Shown one piece after another: positions 19,363 to 33,778 of a stretch of DNA of 64,000 nucleotides. The first letter of the stretch is position 1; every line of letters starts with the position of its first letter. Below the pieces are notes generated by a model. That model did no database searches. It saw only the letters and a list, made by a program, of their open reading frames with translations, and had not been told where the DNA came from. Origin of the DNA: Escherichia coli (GTDB lineage: Bacteria > Pseudomonadota > Gammaproteobacteria > Enterobacterales > Enterobacteriaceae). The stretch lies in assembly GCF_030013595.1 (NCBI RefSeq), contig NZ_CP122768.1. The stretch is one strand, 5' to 3'. The position numbers were made by a program, and so were the translations under genes.

Positions 19363-20745
19363 TTATCCCACCAGCATCCAGGTCGCCGGAACTGAGGCAA
19401 TTAACAGCATGCCAATTAGCACCATTTCCTGACGGTTCAGTACGTTATCATGGGTATGCGTTTTACGCGCATACAGGAAAACCAGCAGCCCCGGCGCATA
19501 CAGAACAACGGATAACAGCAAGTGCATTGGACCAGAGGCGTACAATAACCATAAGCCATAAATGCAGGCACCGACACCTACCGCTTTATGCAGTGGACGG
19601 GTTGCGATTTTCAGCAAGAACGCGCCGACCAGGAAATAGGGCACCAGAATCATCTCTGAGGCGATGGTCAGCAACGTGTTGTAATCGGAACCGGTCAGCC
19701 AGATGAGTACCAGACAAATTTGCACGCAGATGTTGGTCAACCACAGTGAGGCGGATGGCGCAGCTTGTGCGTTCTGGCGCGCAAAAATGCGCGGGAATGC
19801 TTTATGAGTGGCAGCCAGGAACGGAACTTCTGCCGCCATGATGGTCCAGCTTAAGTACGCGCCGCAAACGGAAACGATCAAACCGGCAGCGATGATGATT
19901 TCGCCCCACGGTCCCATCATTTCCACCATCAGACCGGCCATTGACGGGTTACGAATTTCAGCCAGTTCAGGACGTGCCACCACGCCCAGCGAAAGCAGCG
20001 TTACCAGCAAGTAAACGCCCAGAGCGGAGAGAACCGCCAGCAGTGTCGCTTTGCCAACATCACGTTTATTACGCGCACGCGCAGAAACAACCACGGCACC
20101 TTCCACACCAATGAAAACCCACAGGGTGATCAGCATGGTGTTTTTCACCTGTTCCCAAACGGGTACGCCAAGTGCAAGTCCGGTGAAGTCGAGCTTGAAG
20201 GTATCCAGTTTGAACATCATCATCGCCAGCACAACAAACAGACCCAGCGGCAACAATTTTGCCAGTGTCGCCACCAGGTTAATGCTGGCAGCGGTTTGCA
20301 CTCCGCGCAGGATCAAAAAGTGAACAATCCACAATAAAGCCGATGCACCGAGGATCGATTGCCAGGTATTACCATCGCCAAACAGGCGCAATTCCGGCGT
20401 GTCCGTAAAAAAGCTTAACGCGGAAAAAACGATCACCAGATAGGAGGCGTTGGCGATGACTGCGCACAGCCAGTATCCCCATGCGGAACAAAAGCCGATT
20501 AGCTCGCCAAACCCTTCGCGGGCATAGGTAAAGATACCGCCGTCAAGTTCGGGACGAATGCGCGTGAGGATCAGCATGGCAAAGGCCAGCAATAAAATGC
20601 CAGCGCCAGTAATGCCCCAGCCGATGAGCAGTGCTGCCGGGCTGGCAACTGCCGCCATATTTTGCGGCAGACTGAAAACACCCGCGCCCAGCATTGAGCT
20701 TAATACCAGCGCGGTGAGTGCGCTCAGTCCCAGTTTCTTTTCCAT
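19363..20745 (-). CDS. ydgI: APC-family amino acid antiporter (arginine:ornithine-type)
   Basis: 460 aa, about 12 TM segments; K-12 synteny. Confidence 0.85.
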   Translation of the reverse strand: MEKKLGLSALTALVLSSMLGAGVFSLPQNMAAVASPAALLIGWGITGAGILLLAFAMLILTRIRPELDGGIFTYAREGFGELIGFCSAWGYWLCAVIANASYLVIVFSALSFFTDTPELRLFGDGNTWQSILGASALLWIVHFLILRGVQTAASINLVATLAKLLPLGLFVVLAMMMFKLDTFKLDFTGLALGVPVWEQVKNTMLITLWVFIGVEGAVVVSARARNKRDVGKATLLAVLSALGVYLLVTLLSLGVVARPELAEIRNPSMAGLMVEMMGPWGEIIIAAGLIVSVCGAYLSWTIMAAEVPFLAATHKAFPRIFARQNAQAAPSASLWLTNICVQICLVLIWLTGSDYNTLLTIASEMILVPYFLVGAFLLKIATRPLHKAVGVGACIYGLWLLYASGPMHLLLSVVLYAPGLLVFLYARKTHTHDNVLNRQEMVLIGMLLIASVPATWMLVG

Positions 20746-20930
20746 CGATATCCAGTGATTAAAACGTGATAAGAAGAATAAATATTAGGGCAAAACGCAT
20801 AAAAATGGAGTTTGCCACTGAAGCGCGGGATTTTACGAAGAGATGTGTCTGCATGCAATGGTCGCGGGGAAATTTGTGACTAAAAATGCGAAAGGCGGCA
20901 TCAAGCCGCCTTATAGGAGTAACTGAATAG

Positions 20931-21875
20931 TTATTTATACAGATCTGCGCTGACGGTCAGGTTATTACCACGTTCCTGCCACTGGCGGGTGATGTGGTAA
21001 TACTTAGCACCTTTCTTCGCGGCACGTTTCGCAACCTGATAGGAGACTTCGGTCATGTTGCCGTAGTTGCCAGAGAATTTGATGCTGTCGAACGGGACCA
21101 TCATCGCTGCGGTCGCTTTGTTCAGTTCTTCGACTTTAGTGCCATCCGGGAGCGTGACGGTGTAACGCCCGCCTTTTGATGACTGGGTTTCAAAGAAGCG
21201 ACCGACTTCAGAACTTGGTGATGCGGTAGTCGCAACACCCGGGATCTCAACTTTCTTCGCGGCTTCGCCACCGGCAGCCAGAGCTGCACGTCCTGCTTCG
21301 GAATCTGCCGGGATCACATCCGGGCTCTGGACGATACGTTTCTTAGCATCTTTTTTATAGATGAATGCAGTAATACGCTGGTTGCCGCCCTGGTTGGCAT
21401 CGATTTGACGAACAATGTAGAAAGAGTAGGCACCTTTCGCTTTTGCCGCTTTGGTGATGGCATCATTGACTTCTGGCTGGCTACGATAAAAGCCCTGGAC
21501 GGTGACCGTGTCAAACGGTTCAATCAGAACGGCCTGATCTTTCGGCAGTTCGACAACTCCGTTAATTACGCGATTACTTGTTTCTTCTGCTTTTTCAGCA
21601 TCGGCTTTATAGAGGTCAGCGACCACACGCCAGTTACCGCTGTTACCAAAATCAGAAGTGTCGACAACATAAAAAGAGGTGGCACCTTCTTTATCTGCGC
21701 GACGAGAAACGGCTTTCACCGCTTCGCCAATAGCATTAAAACGACCGGTAACCACTACACGGTCAAAAGGTTTAACCGCTGCCGCTTGCTCCGGTGTCAG
21801 TTCTGTTGCTGCGTTAACGGAGAATGCCGTAGCAGAAAGCAGTGCCGACGCCAGGAGGGTGTTCTTAAGCTTCAT
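20931..21875 (-). CDS. ydgH: DUF1471 periplasmic protein YdgH
   Basis: 314 aa with signal peptide and three internal repeats of a YdgH/BhsA-type domain. Confidence 0.85.
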   Translation of the reverse strand: MKLKNTLLASALLSATAFSVNAATELTPEQAAAVKPFDRVVVTGRFNAIGEAVKAVSRRADKEGATSFYVVDTSDFGNSGNWRVVADLYKADAEKAEETSNRVINGVVELPKDQAVLIEPFDTVTVQGFYRSQPEVNDAITKAAKAKGAYSFYIVRQIDANQGGNQRITAFIYKKDAKKRIVQSPDVIPADSEAGRAALAAGGEAAKKVEIPGVATTASPSSEVGRFFETQSSKGGRYTVTLPDGTKVEELNKATAAMMVPFDSIKFSGNYGNMTEVSYQVAKRAAKKGAKYYHITRQWQERGNNLTVSADLYK

Positions 21876-22335
21876 AAAAATAATCCTTCGCCTTGCGCAA
21901 ACCAGGTACTGGTATTGTTATTAACGAGAAACGTGGCTGATTATTGCATTTAAACGGTGTAACTGTCTGCGTCATTTTTCATATCACATTCCTTAAACCA
22001 ATTTTAATCCTGCTCAAATGACCGTCTATGCTTAAAAAACAGCCGTATCAGCATCAATACTACTGAAGCAACTGAATTGTATAAGTTAATTTAAGGTTAA
22101 GTAGTGATTCGTACTGGGGCGATGTCTCGTTTTACCTGACCGTCGAAGACAATTATCAGTCTTTATCCGGCGTTCTAAGGTGTTTATCCCACTATCACGG
22201 CTGAATCGTTAATATTTTGCGAGTTCACGCCGAAATACTGATTTTTGGCGCTAGATCACAGGCATAATTTTCAGTACGTTATAGGGCGTTTGTTACTAAT
22301 TTATTTTAACGGAGTAACATTTAGCTCGTACATGA

Positions 22336-23931
<1,596 letters not shown>

Positions 23932-23938
23932 GGGGTAA

Positions 23939-25330
<1,392 letters not shown>

Positions 25331-25334
25331 CCCT

Positions 25335-25368
25335 GACGGCCTCTGCGGAGGCCGTCACTCTTTATTGA
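25335..25368. terminator. hairpin terminator between convergent pntB and tqsA
   Basis: GACGGCCTCTGCGGAGGCCGTC stem-loop followed by T-rich tract. Confidence 0.45.
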
Positions 25369-26389
25369 GATCGCTTAACAGAACGGCGATGCTTTGACCT
25401 CCCGCTGTTTGTTCAAGCGCAATTTTGACAATAATTGTCAACGGCACGGAAAGCAGCATACCCACCGGTCCTAACAACCATCCCCAAAAAATCAACGACA
25501 AAAATACCACCAATGTGGAAAGCCCCAGCCCACGCCCCATGATGCGTGGCTCCAGAATATTGCCGAAGACCAGATTAATCAGCAGATATCCCGCCAGCAC
25601 CAGCAACGCTTCGTAGAAGCCATTAAACACCAGTACCTGAGCGATAGGGGGAATTGCCGCGAGAACTGAACCAATATTAGGGATGTAATTAAGCGCAAAG
25701 GCCAGCAATCCCCAGACAAAAGCGAAGCGAACATCGAGTGCGGCGAGCATCGCCCAGGCGACCAGGCCGGTGATGATGCTGATGGCTGTTTTCAGCACCA
25801 GATAATGAGACACACTGTCAATCGCACGCTGAATCGCCGCCATCCCTTCAACCGGACGCGCCATCATTTGCTGAAATTTTCCGGGCAATTGTGGCACTTC
25901 GAGCAGCATAAACAGCACCGTCAGCAGCAATAAAAAGATTGATGACATGGCATTAGATAACTGCGTCAATAAGTTGGTGAGCAACGTCATCGCCGCGTTC
26001 GGATCAATGTAATGCGCCAGTTGGTCAACTGAGACATCAATCCCTACGCGTTGCAACAACGGTTCAATCGCTTGCAGCGGCGTCATAATAGAGTTGCGAT
26101 ATTGCGGTAACGTCCGCGTCAACTCGTTGAGCGCGGAACCCAGATAAGCTAACAGCAACACCATCGCCATCACGATGATGGTCATCAAAATCGACACCGC
26201 CAGTACACGCGGCACTCGCCAGCGGACCATGTGTTGCACCAGCGGGTTAAGAATAACAGCAATAAATAATGCGAGAATAAACGGCACGATGATCTCGGCG
26301 GCAAAACGGATACCGCAGAGAATAATGACCAGCATTCCCAACATAATGACGATTTTTAGGCCATTGAGCGTGATGATCGGCTTTGCCAT
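25355..26389 (-). CDS. tqsA: AI-2 exporter, UPF0118/AI-2E family
   Basis: 344 aa polytopic membrane protein; K-12 synteny. Confidence 0.85.
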   Translation of the reverse strand: MAKPIITLNGLKIVIMLGMLVIILCGIRFAAEIIVPFILALFIAVILNPLVQHMVRWRVPRVLAVSILMTIIVMAMVLLLAYLGSALNELTRTLPQYRNSIMTPLQAIEPLLQRVGIDVSVDQLAHYIDPNAAMTLLTNLLTQLSNAMSSIFLLLLTVLFMLLEVPQLPGKFQQMMARPVEGMAAIQRAIDSVSHYLVLKTAISIITGLVAWAMLAALDVRFAFVWGLLAFALNYIPNIGSVLAAIPPIAQVLVFNGFYEALLVLAGYLLINLVFGNILEPRIMGRGLGLSTLVVFLSLIFWGWLLGPVGMLLSVPLTIIVKIALEQTAGGQSIAVLLSDLNKE

Positions 26390-26800
26390 GCTTGTCCCCG
26401 TTTTTTCTTCCTTTGCTAATAATAATGTCTTTTTCGCTCCGTCATCATAACGAAAATCAAACCGCTCAGGTAAAGAAGTGAAAATATTTTGAGTTAATTC
26501 TTAAGCTATGATACAAATCAGGCGTGTTCAACTACCGAGGACAATTATCATCCGCGATGACGAGAAGCAACACTGCGGATAATTGTAATATTATGGACAA
26601 TTTGTTCAGGACGTTATTTTCTACATTTACCCATCTTCGTACCTCATCCACTATCTTGCTCGTAGGTGAGCAGCACTGGCGCAACGCGCTTTAGTCCTTT
26701 CTTCTGCTTAAGCTTACGCTATGCGCGGGGCTTGACCACTTTACTTTGGTTTCGCTGAATTAAGCGAAAATTAAAATAATTCTCTTGCAGGAGAAGGACA

Positions 26801-27166
26801 ATGTATATTTATTGGATTTTATTAGGTCTGGCTATTGCTACAGAAATTACCGGTACGCTGTCTATGAAATGGGCGAGCGTCAGTGAGGGAAATGGCGGCT
26901 TTATTTTAATGCTGGTGATGATTTCTCTGTCGTATATATTTCTCTCTTTCGCCGTTAAAAAGATCGCCTTAGGCGTGGCTTATGCGCTGTGGGAAGGTAT
27001 CGGTATTTTATTTATTACCTTGTTTAGTGTTTTGTTATTCGACGAAAGTTTATCGCTGATGAAAATTGCCGGGTTAACCACCCTGGTGGCCGGGATTGTA
27101 TTGATCAAATCAGGTACCCGTAAAGCGCGTAAACCTGAACTGGAGGTGAACCATGGCGCAGTTTGA
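26801..27166 (+). CDS. mdtJ: SMR-family spermidine exporter subunit MdtJ
   Basis: 121 aa, four TM helices; 14-nt overlap with mdtI. Confidence 0.85.
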
Positions 27167-27482
27167 ATGGGTTCACGCCGCCTGGCTGGCATTGGCAATC
27201 GTGCTGGAAATCGTTGCTAACGTTTTTTTGAAATTTTCTGACGGCTTTCGTCGCAAAATATTTGGCGTACTCTCTCTGGCGGCGGTGCTGGCTGCCTTTA
27301 GTGCGCTTTCTCAGGCCGTTAAAGGGATCGACTTGTCTGTCGCTTATGCATTGTGGGGCGGATTTGGTATTGCCGCCACGTTAGCCGCAGGTTGGATCTT
27401 GTTTGGCCAACGGTTAAATCGTAAAGGCTGGATTGGCCTGGTCTTACTGTTGGCTGGAATGATCATGGTGAAACTTGCCTGA
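27153..27482 (+). CDS. mdtI: SMR-family spermidine exporter subunit MdtI
   Basis: 109 aa, four TM helices. Confidence 0.85.
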
Positions 27483-27489
27483 TGAACAC

Positions 27490-27520
27490 GCTGCCCGCGC
27501 TGTCGGGCAGCGTTTGAACA
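27490..27520 (+). terminator. hairpin terminator after mdtI
   Basis: CGCTGCCCGCGCTGTCGGGCAGCG stem-loop followed by TTTGAACATTATTTTT. Confidence 0.4.
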
Positions 27521-28342
27521 TTATTTTTGCGACAGTTGATCCAGCCTGTCGCGAAAACCGGTAACAGAAATGGCCCGGTTATCGGCGCGCCAGCGATCTT
27601 TCGCGGCAGGAGCCGAACTTTGCACCCCAATTAATTGCCAGCCGTTATCGGTATGCAACATCAGAGGCGAACCGCTGTCACCTGGCAAGGTATCGCACTG
27701 ATGCGACATCACCGACGTTTGCGCCCAGCCAGTCACTTCACAGTTTTGATGACTGTACAACGTATCGAGATGATCTTCAGGGTATCCCGCCTGAGTCACT
27801 TTACGACCTGCTGCTTTTAATGCGGCGGTAAGCGCGGCTTTATCTCCCTCAAATAACGGCAACGGTGTAATGCCAGAAGGGGGATTACGTAGCACAATCA
27901 AACCGAAGTCCCACGGCGCAGCTGCGGGAGGAACAATCCAACCATCCCCATCTGCTTTTAACCGCTTTCCCAGTGTCGGGTCAACGCGGCCTTCTATGTC
28001 GTGGATCTCATAGAGCCAAAGACCTTTATTTGACACAAAACGCAGCGCCACCGCTTTATCGGCTTTACCCTTTGGCGGCGTCAATAAACAGTGTCCTGCC
28101 GTTAATGCCAGATTGGGTGCGATCAGCGTCGCCGTACATAAATTGCCGCTGGCCGTTTCCAGTTGGCCAACCGCATCCCACGGTGATTGGGTCGTGTCAT
28201 TCACTGGCACACGATCATCATGACCAAAAAACAGGGTGCTGACCTCATCGTTTGCCGATTTGGCAACGTCTGGTTTATCTGCAAACACAAAAGCAGACGT
28301 CAAACTAATTGCACCCAACACTACAGCAATGGTTGTACGCAT
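27521..28342 (-). CDS. ydgD: secreted trypsin-like serine peptidase (S1 family)
   Basis: 273 aa with signal peptide, TAGHC and GDSGSP catalytic motifs. Confidence 0.8.
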   Translation of the reverse strand: MRTTIAVVLGAISLTSAFVFADKPDVAKSANDEVSTLFFGHDDRVPVNDTTQSPWDAVGQLETASGNLCTATLIAPNLALTAGHCLLTPPKGKADKAVALRFVSNKGLWLYEIHDIEGRVDPTLGKRLKADGDGWIVPPAAAPWDFGLIVLRNPPSGITPLPLFEGDKAALTAALKAAGRKVTQAGYPEDHLDTLYSHQNCEVTGWAQTSVMSHQCDTLPGDSGSPLMLHTDNGWQLIGVQSSAPAAKDRWRADNRAISVTGFRDRLDQLSQK

Positions 28343-28441
28343 ATCACACTCTGGTGGGTAATTATGATTATTAAAAGCAAACCCTCATAAATACTATAGA
28401 CGGGACGGGATGAAAGTGGGAGTAAAATCAGATAACTACGA

Positions 28442-28525
28442 TCAGGAAAGATAAAAACGGGCGGCAATCAGTGCGCATAAAATAAGGATGATAAGAATGA
28501 ACTCAAAGCGATAACGGCCCACCAT
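28442..28525 (-). CDS. ydgU: small membrane protein YdgU (27 aa)
   Basis: Minus-strand ATG...TGA encoding MVGRYRFEFILIILILCALIAARFYLS; below the ORF-track length cutoff; K-12 position between asr and ydgD. Confidence 0.55.
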   Translation of the reverse strand: MVGRYRFEFILIILILCALIAARFYLS

Positions 28526-28617
28526 ACTACCCTCCGCTAAAGGCGGTGCTAAACGTTATCCGCTTAGCACCGTAATTTTCAGGCGCGAGGGGGCGCGCCA
28601 GCATTACTATTGATAAC

Positions 28618-28926
28618 TTACGCTGCGGGTTGTGCAGCAGGTTTTGCCGGTTGCTGATGGCTGTGTTTCTTGGCGTGTTTCTTCGCTGCCTGCGCTTTTT
28701 GTTCAGGAGCTTTCTGTTCAGCTTTGGCATTTTTATGATGCTTTTTAGCCGCCTGCGCTTTCTGGGCAGGTGCTGCTTTATGCTGTTTTTTATGATGTGT
28801 GGTTTTCGCAGGCGCTGCTTTGGTGGTCGTCGCAGTCGGAGCAGGTGTGGTCGCAGTCTCTGCAGCAAAGGCGGCAGAAGACAGACCCATAGCAGCGGCA
28901 ACAACCAGAGCTAATACTTTTTTCAT
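28618..28926 (-). CDS. asr: acid shock protein
   Basis: Start [21 protein letters not shown] then Lys/Ala/Gln/His-rich repeats; 102 aa. Confidence 0.85.
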   Translation of the reverse strand: MKKVLALVVAAAMGLSSAAFAAETATTPAPTATTTKAAPAKTTHHKKQHKAAPAQKAQAAKKHHKNAKAEQKAPEQKAQAAKKHAKKHSHQQPAKPAAQPAA

Positions 28927-29349
28927 TGTCATACCCTCAATTTGTTTTTTCATTTAACCCCACTGCGGGGCCGTTGAAATAACTATATCCCTGGGAATGG
29001 CAGACTTCCGTGAGTGGTTGGTTTCAGCGTGTAACGATATGTACAAACGCTGAATAAATTACAGCGTTGATAATAACGTATTGTGACTTAAGGGAAATTT
29101 AGCTACCAATAATAGTAGTCTTGATCGGGTTAACTATTTTACTACTTACAAAGCGGTAGAATAACTGCGCATCAGTAATAAATGACACACAGCAAAATGA
29201 ATCCGTTTATTTGGGTACTTATAATCCTGATGACACTAGATGCGCTGCGGGAATTGGCTGGCGCTTCGTCTATTTTAGGATGGCTATTAACGTTGGTTTG
29301 AGCAGGCAATAAGTCCGGATGGGTATTTACCGCAGTCCGGACTTATTTT

Positions 29350-30603
29350 TCAGGCGTGCAGACGACGATGCAAACGCGTCCCGACCAGCAGAGCAATGAC
29401 CAGCATCAGAGCAATAAATGCGCCGACGCCGTTCCAGCCATAGTTATGCCAGAAAACACCACCCAGCGTCCCGGCAATACTCGACCCCAGATAGTAACTG
29501 AACAGATACAGCGAGGAGGCCTGGCCTTTAGCGCGTTTTGCGCGGGGGCCGATCCAGCTGCTGGCTACTGAGTGGGCTGCGAAGAATCCGGCTGAGAAGA
29601 GTAACATTCCGGCAAAGATCAGCCACAGCGAGCTGAATAAGGTCATCAATAAACCAAACAGCATAACCCCCGTCGAAAACAACATCACCGGACCGCGCCC
29701 ATAGCGGGTGGTCATGGTTCCGGCTTTGGGTGAGCTCCATGTACCGGTCAAATAAGCCAGCGATAATAAGCCAACCACGGCCTGACTGACATGCCAGGGG
29801 GAGAGCATCAACCGATAGCCGATGTAATTAAACAGCGTGACGAACGACCCCATCAGCAAAAAGCCTTCTGCGAACAATAACGGTAATCCCCGGTCACGCC
29901 AGTGCAGACGAAAGTTGATAAATAACGTCTTTGGTCGCAGGGAAGTTGGGCGAAAATGGCGTGATTCCGGGAGGATTTTCCAGAACATCAACGCCGAGGC
30001 CAGCGCGAAACAACCGATTGCCGCCAGAGCAATTCGCCAGTTGAAAAAGTCCGTGAAGACACCACTAATTAAGCGTCCGCTCATGCCGCCAATTGAGTTG
30101 CCGCTGATATACAACCCCATCGAAAAGGCCACGAAACTGGGGTGGATTTCCTCGCTAAGATAAGTCATGCCAACAGCTGCTACGCCACTTAACGAAAGCC
30201 CAATCAAGGCGCGCATAATCAAAATGCCGTGCCAGCTGGTCATCATTGTCGAAAGTAACGTACAAATGGAGGCCAACAGTAGCGCCGTGACCATCACTGG
30301 TTTGCGACCAATGGCATCGGATAACGGGCCAGTAAACAGCAAACCGATAGCCAACATCGCCGTGGAAATGGACAGTGAAATACTACTGTTCGCGGGCGTT
30401 AAGCCAAACTCCTGCGAAAGCACCGGAAGGATAGGTTGCACACAATAGAGAAGTGCGAAGGTTGCCAGTCCGGCAGAGAACAGCGCCAGGGTGACGCGCA
30501 TAAATTGCGGCGTACCGCGTTTAATAAATTGATTTGGCTGAGAAATGCTTTGCTTATCAGTGTCGCTTGTCGGAGCGCCATCAACAGTTGTAGTACGGCT
30601 CAC
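29350..30603 (-). CDS. ynfM: MFS transporter YnfM
   Basis: 417 aa, 12 TM MFS topology. Confidence 0.85.
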   Translation of the reverse strand: MSRTTTVDGAPTSDTDKQSISQPNQFIKRGTPQFMRVTLALFSAGLATFALLYCVQPILPVLSQEFGLTPANSSISLSISTAMLAIGLLFTGPLSDAIGRKPVMVTALLLASICTLLSTMMTSWHGILIMRALIGLSLSGVAAVGMTYLSEEIHPSFVAFSMGLYISGNSIGGMSGRLISGVFTDFFNWRIALAAIGCFALASALMFWKILPESRHFRPTSLRPKTLFINFRLHWRDRGLPLLFAEGFLLMGSFVTLFNYIGYRLMLSPWHVSQAVVGLLSLAYLTGTWSSPKAGTMTTRYGRGPVMLFSTGVMLFGLLMTLFSSLWLIFAGMLLFSAGFFAAHSVASSWIGPRAKRAKGQASSLYLFSYYLGSSIAGTLGGVFWHNYGWNGVGAFIALMLVIALLVGTRLHRRLHA

Positions 30604-30709
30604 TTGAAATCCTTGCTAAATATGCCTGTGGATCAGGCTTATGAATAGATTAGGAAAATGGAATTGTTCTGTCTAATATATTAATAATCTCAAATAAGAT
30701 GTTTTAAAT

Positions 30710-31603
30710 ATGAATATTGAACTTCGTCATCTGCGTTACTATGTTGCTGTTGCAGAAGAGCTGCATTTCGGGCGCGCCGCTGCCCGCCTGAATATTTCGC
30801 AACCGCCGCTAAGTCAGCAGATTCAGGCACTGGAGCAACAAATCGGTGCCCGACTGCTGGCACGAACTAATCGCAGTGTATTGCTGACGGCAGCAGGAAA
30901 ACAGTTTCTTGCAGATAGTCGGCAAATCCTGTCTATGGTGGATGACGCTGCCGCTCGCGCTGAAAGACTGCATCAGGGTGAAGCGGGGGAGTTGCGCATT
31001 GGTTTTACTTCGTCCGCTCCTTTTATTCGGGCGGTGTCCGATACGTTATCGCTGTTTCGCCGTGATTATCCCGATGTCCATTTACAAACCCGCGAAATGA
31101 ACACCCGCGAGCAAATCGCTCCGCTCATTGAAGGAACGCTGGATATGGGATTGCTGCGTAACACAGCGTTACCGGAGACGCTTGAACACGCAGTCATCGT
31201 CCATGAACCGCTTATGGCGATGATCCCGCACGATCATCCCTTGGCAAATAACCCGAGTGTAACGCTGGCTGAACTGGCGAAAGAACCCTTTGTCTTTTTT
31301 GATCCGCACGTAGGGACAGGGCTGTATGACGATATTCTCGGGCTGATGCGACGTTACAATTTGACGCCCGTCATCACTCAGGAGGTGGGTGAGGCAATGA
31401 CCATCATCGGTCTGGTTTCCGCTGGTCTGGGTGTTTCAATTTTGCCTGCGTCATTTAAACGTGTTCAGCTCAACGAAATGCGCTGGGTGCCGATTGCTGA
31501 AGAGGATGCGGTTTCTGAAATGTGGTTGGTCTGGCCGAAACACCATGAACAAAGTCCGGCTGCGCGTAACTTTCGTATTCATCTGCTGAATGCTCTCAGG
31601 TGA
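30710..31603 (+). CDS. ynfL: LysR-family transcriptional regulator
   Basis: 297 aa; N-terminal HTH (LRYYVAVAEELHFGRAAARLNISQPPLSQQI); divergent from ynfM. Confidence 0.85.
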   Translation: MNIELRHLRYYVAVAEELHFGRAAARLNISQPPLSQQIQALEQQIGARLLARTNRSVLLTAAGKQFLADSRQILSMVDDAAARAERLHQGEAGELRIGFTSSAPFIRAVSDTLSLFRRDYPDVHLQTREMNTREQIAPLIEGTLDMGLLRNTALPETLEHAVIVHEPLMAMIPHDHPLANNPSVTLAELAKEPFVFFDPHVGTGLYDDILGLMRRYNLTPVITQEVGEAMTIIGLVSAGLGVSILPASFKRVQLNEMRWVPIAEEDAVSEMWLVWPKHHEQSPAARNFRIHLLNALR

Positions 31604-31737
31604 GGGAAATTTCAGCGAAAAAGCCCGAAAAATGTGCTGTTAATCACATGCCTAAGTAAAAATTTGACGACACGTATTGAAGTGCTTCACCATAGCCTAC
31701 AGATTATTTCGGAGCGCGAAAATATAGGGAGTATGCG

Positions 31738-32958
31738 GTGGTTGCTGAAAATCAGCCTGGGCACATTGATCAAATAAAGCAGACCAACGCGGGCGCGGTT
31801 TATCGCCTGATTGATCAGCTTGGTCCAGTCTCGCGTATCGATCTTTCCCGTCTGGCGCAGCTGGCTCCTGCCAGTATCACTAAAATTGTCCGTGAGATGC
31901 TCGAAGCACACCTGGTGCAAGAGCTGGAAATCAAAGAAGCGGGGAACCGTGGCCGTCCGGCAGTGGGGCTGGTGGTTGAAACTGAAGCCTGGCACTATCT
32001 TTCTCTGCGCATTAGTCGCGGGGAGATTTTCCTTGCTTTGCGCGATCTGAGCAGCAAACTGGTAGTGGAGGAGTTGCAGGAACTGGCGTTAAAAGATGAC
32101 TCGCCATTGCTGGATCGTATCATTTCCCATATCGATCAGTTTTTTATCCGCCACCAGAAAAAACTTGAGCGTCTGACTTCGATTGCCATTACCTTGCCGG
32201 GAATTATTGATACGGAAAATGGTATTGTACATCGCATGCCGTTCTACGAGGATGTAAAAGAGATGCCGCTCGGCGAGGCGCTGGAGCAGCATACCGGCGT
32301 ACCGGTTTATATTCAGCATGATATCAGCGCATGGACGATGGCAGAGGCCTTGTTTGGTGCCTCACGCGGGGCGCGCGATGTGATTCAGGTGGTTATCGAT
32401 CACAACGTGGGGGCGGGCGTCATTACCGATGGTCATCTGCTACACGCAGGCAGCAGTAGCCTCGTGGAAATAGGTCACACGCAGGTCGACCCGTATGGGA
32501 AACGCTGTTATTGCGGGAATCACGGCTGCCTCGAAACCATCGCCAGTGTGGACAGTATTCTTGAGCTGGCACAGCTGCGTCTCAATCAATCCATGAGCTC
32601 GATGTTACATGGACAGCCGTTAACCGTGGATTCATTGTGTCAGGCGGCATTGCGCGGCGATCTGCTGGCAAAAGACATCATTACCGGGGTGGGCGCGCAT
32701 GTCGGGCGCATTCTTGCCATCATGGTGAATTTATTTAACCCACAAAAAATACTGATTGGCTCACCGTTAAGTAAAGCGGCAGATATCCTCTTCCCGGTCA
32801 TCTCAGATAGCATCCGTCAGCAGGCCCTTCCTGCGTATAGTCAGCACATTAGCGTTGAGAGTACTCAGTTTTCTAACCAGGGCACGATGGCAGGCGCTGC
32901 GCTGGTAAAAGACGCGATGTATAACGGTTCTTTGTTGATTCGTCTGTTGCAGGGTTAA
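31738..32958 (+). CDS. mlc: ROK-family global repressor Mlc (DgsA)
   Basis: 406 aa, GTG start, MVAENQPGHIDQIKQTNAGAVYRLIDQLGPVSRIDLSRLAQLAPASITKIVREM. Confidence 0.9.
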   Translation: MVAENQPGHIDQIKQTNAGAVYRLIDQLGPVSRIDLSRLAQLAPASITKIVREMLEAHLVQELEIKEAGNRGRPAVGLVVETEAWHYLSLRISRGEIFLALRDLSSKLVVEELQELALKDDSPLLDRIISHIDQFFIRHQKKLERLTSIAITLPGIIDTENGIVHRMPFYEDVKEMPLGEALEQHTGVPVYIQHDISAWTMAEALFGASRGARDVIQVVIDHNVGAGVITDGHLLHAGSSSLVEIGHTQVDPYGKRCYCGNHGCLETIASVDSILELAQLRLNQSMSSMLHGQPLTVDSLCQAALRGDLLAKDIITGVGAHVGRILAIMVNLFNPQKILIGSPLSKAADILFPVISDSIRQQALPAYSQHISVESTQFSNQGTMAGAALVKDAMYNGSLLIRLLQG

Positions 32959-33082
32959 CATTTTTTAACTGTTCTACCAAAATTTGCGCTATCTCAATTT
33001 GGGCCAGGAAAGCATAACTTAGACTTTCAAGGTTAATTATTTTCCTGGTTTATATTTGTGAAGCATAACGGTGGAGTTAGTG

Positions 33083-33778
33083 ATGCTGAAGCGTTTCTTT
33101 ATTACCGGTACAGACACTTCTGTAGGGAAAACGGTGGTTTCCCGCGCATTGCTACAAGCGTTAGCCTCCCAGGGAAAAACGGTTGCGGGATATAAACCCG
33201 TAGCAAAGGGGAGCAAAGAGACACCCGAAGGGCTGCGTAATAAAGATGCCCTGGTGTTGCAGAGTGTTTCAACCATCGAACTGCCTTATGAAGCAGTTAA
33301 TCCTATCGCGTTAAGCGAAGAAGAAAGTAGCGTGGCGCACAGTTGCCCAATCAATTACACCCTCATTTCAAACGGCCTGGCAAACCTGACCGATAAAGTC
33401 GATCATGTCGTGGTAGAAGGGACTGGCGGCTGGCGCAGTCTGATGAATGATTTACGTCCGCTCTCTGAATGGGTGGTGCAGGAACAACTGCCGGTGTTGA
33501 TGGTTGTCGGTATTCAGGAAGGTTGCATTAATCATGCACTACTAACAGCTCAGGCGATTGCCAACGACGGGCTGCCGCTCATTGGCTGGGTGGCTAACCG
33601 AATCAATCCAGGACTTGCGCATTATGCGGAAATCATTGATGTGCTGGGTAAAAAACTTCCGGCACCGCTCATTGGTGAACTGCCTTATCTGCCGCGCGCC
33701 GAACAGCGTGAACTGGGGCAATACATCCGCCTAGCTATGCTGCGCAGTGTGCTGGCGGTAGATAGAGTCACGGTGTAA
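33083..33778 (+). CDS. ynfK: dethiobiotin synthetase paralogue (BioD2)
   Basis: Start [17 protein letters not shown] (P-loop); 231 aa; track ORF begins 4 codons upstream. Confidence 0.8.
   Translation: MLKRFFITGTDTSVGKTVVSRALLQALASQGKTVAGYKPVAKGSKETPEGLRNKDALVLQSVSTIELPYEAVNPIALSEEESSVAHSCPINYTLISNGLANLTDKVDHVVVEGTGGWRSLMNDLRPLSEWVVQEQLPVLMVVGIQEGCINHALLTAQAIANDGLPLIGWVANRINPGLAHYAEIIDVLGKKLPAPLIGELPYLPRAEQRELGQYIRLAMLRSVLAVDRVTV

Noticed and set aside
28527-28914. Arg/Lys-rich ORFs 28527-28904 (-) and 28630-28914 (+) overlapping asr
   Set aside because: Low-complexity alternative frames of the repetitive asr coding sequence; only the frame giving the signal peptide plus Lys/Ala-rich acid shock protein is credible.
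29296-29345. Hairpin AAGTCCGGATGGGTATTTACCGCAGTCCGGACTT followed by T-run on the + strand
   Set aside because: Oriented as a + strand terminator but no + strand gene ends here; on the - strand (ynfM) it lacks a downstream U-tract. It may be a weak bidirectional terminator or a REP-like hairpin, so I did not call it.
33731-33778. 48-nt convergent overlap of ynfK and clcB 3' ends
   Set aside because: A real feature of the sequence, but it follows from the gene lengths I assigned to ynfK and clcB and needs no separate explanation.
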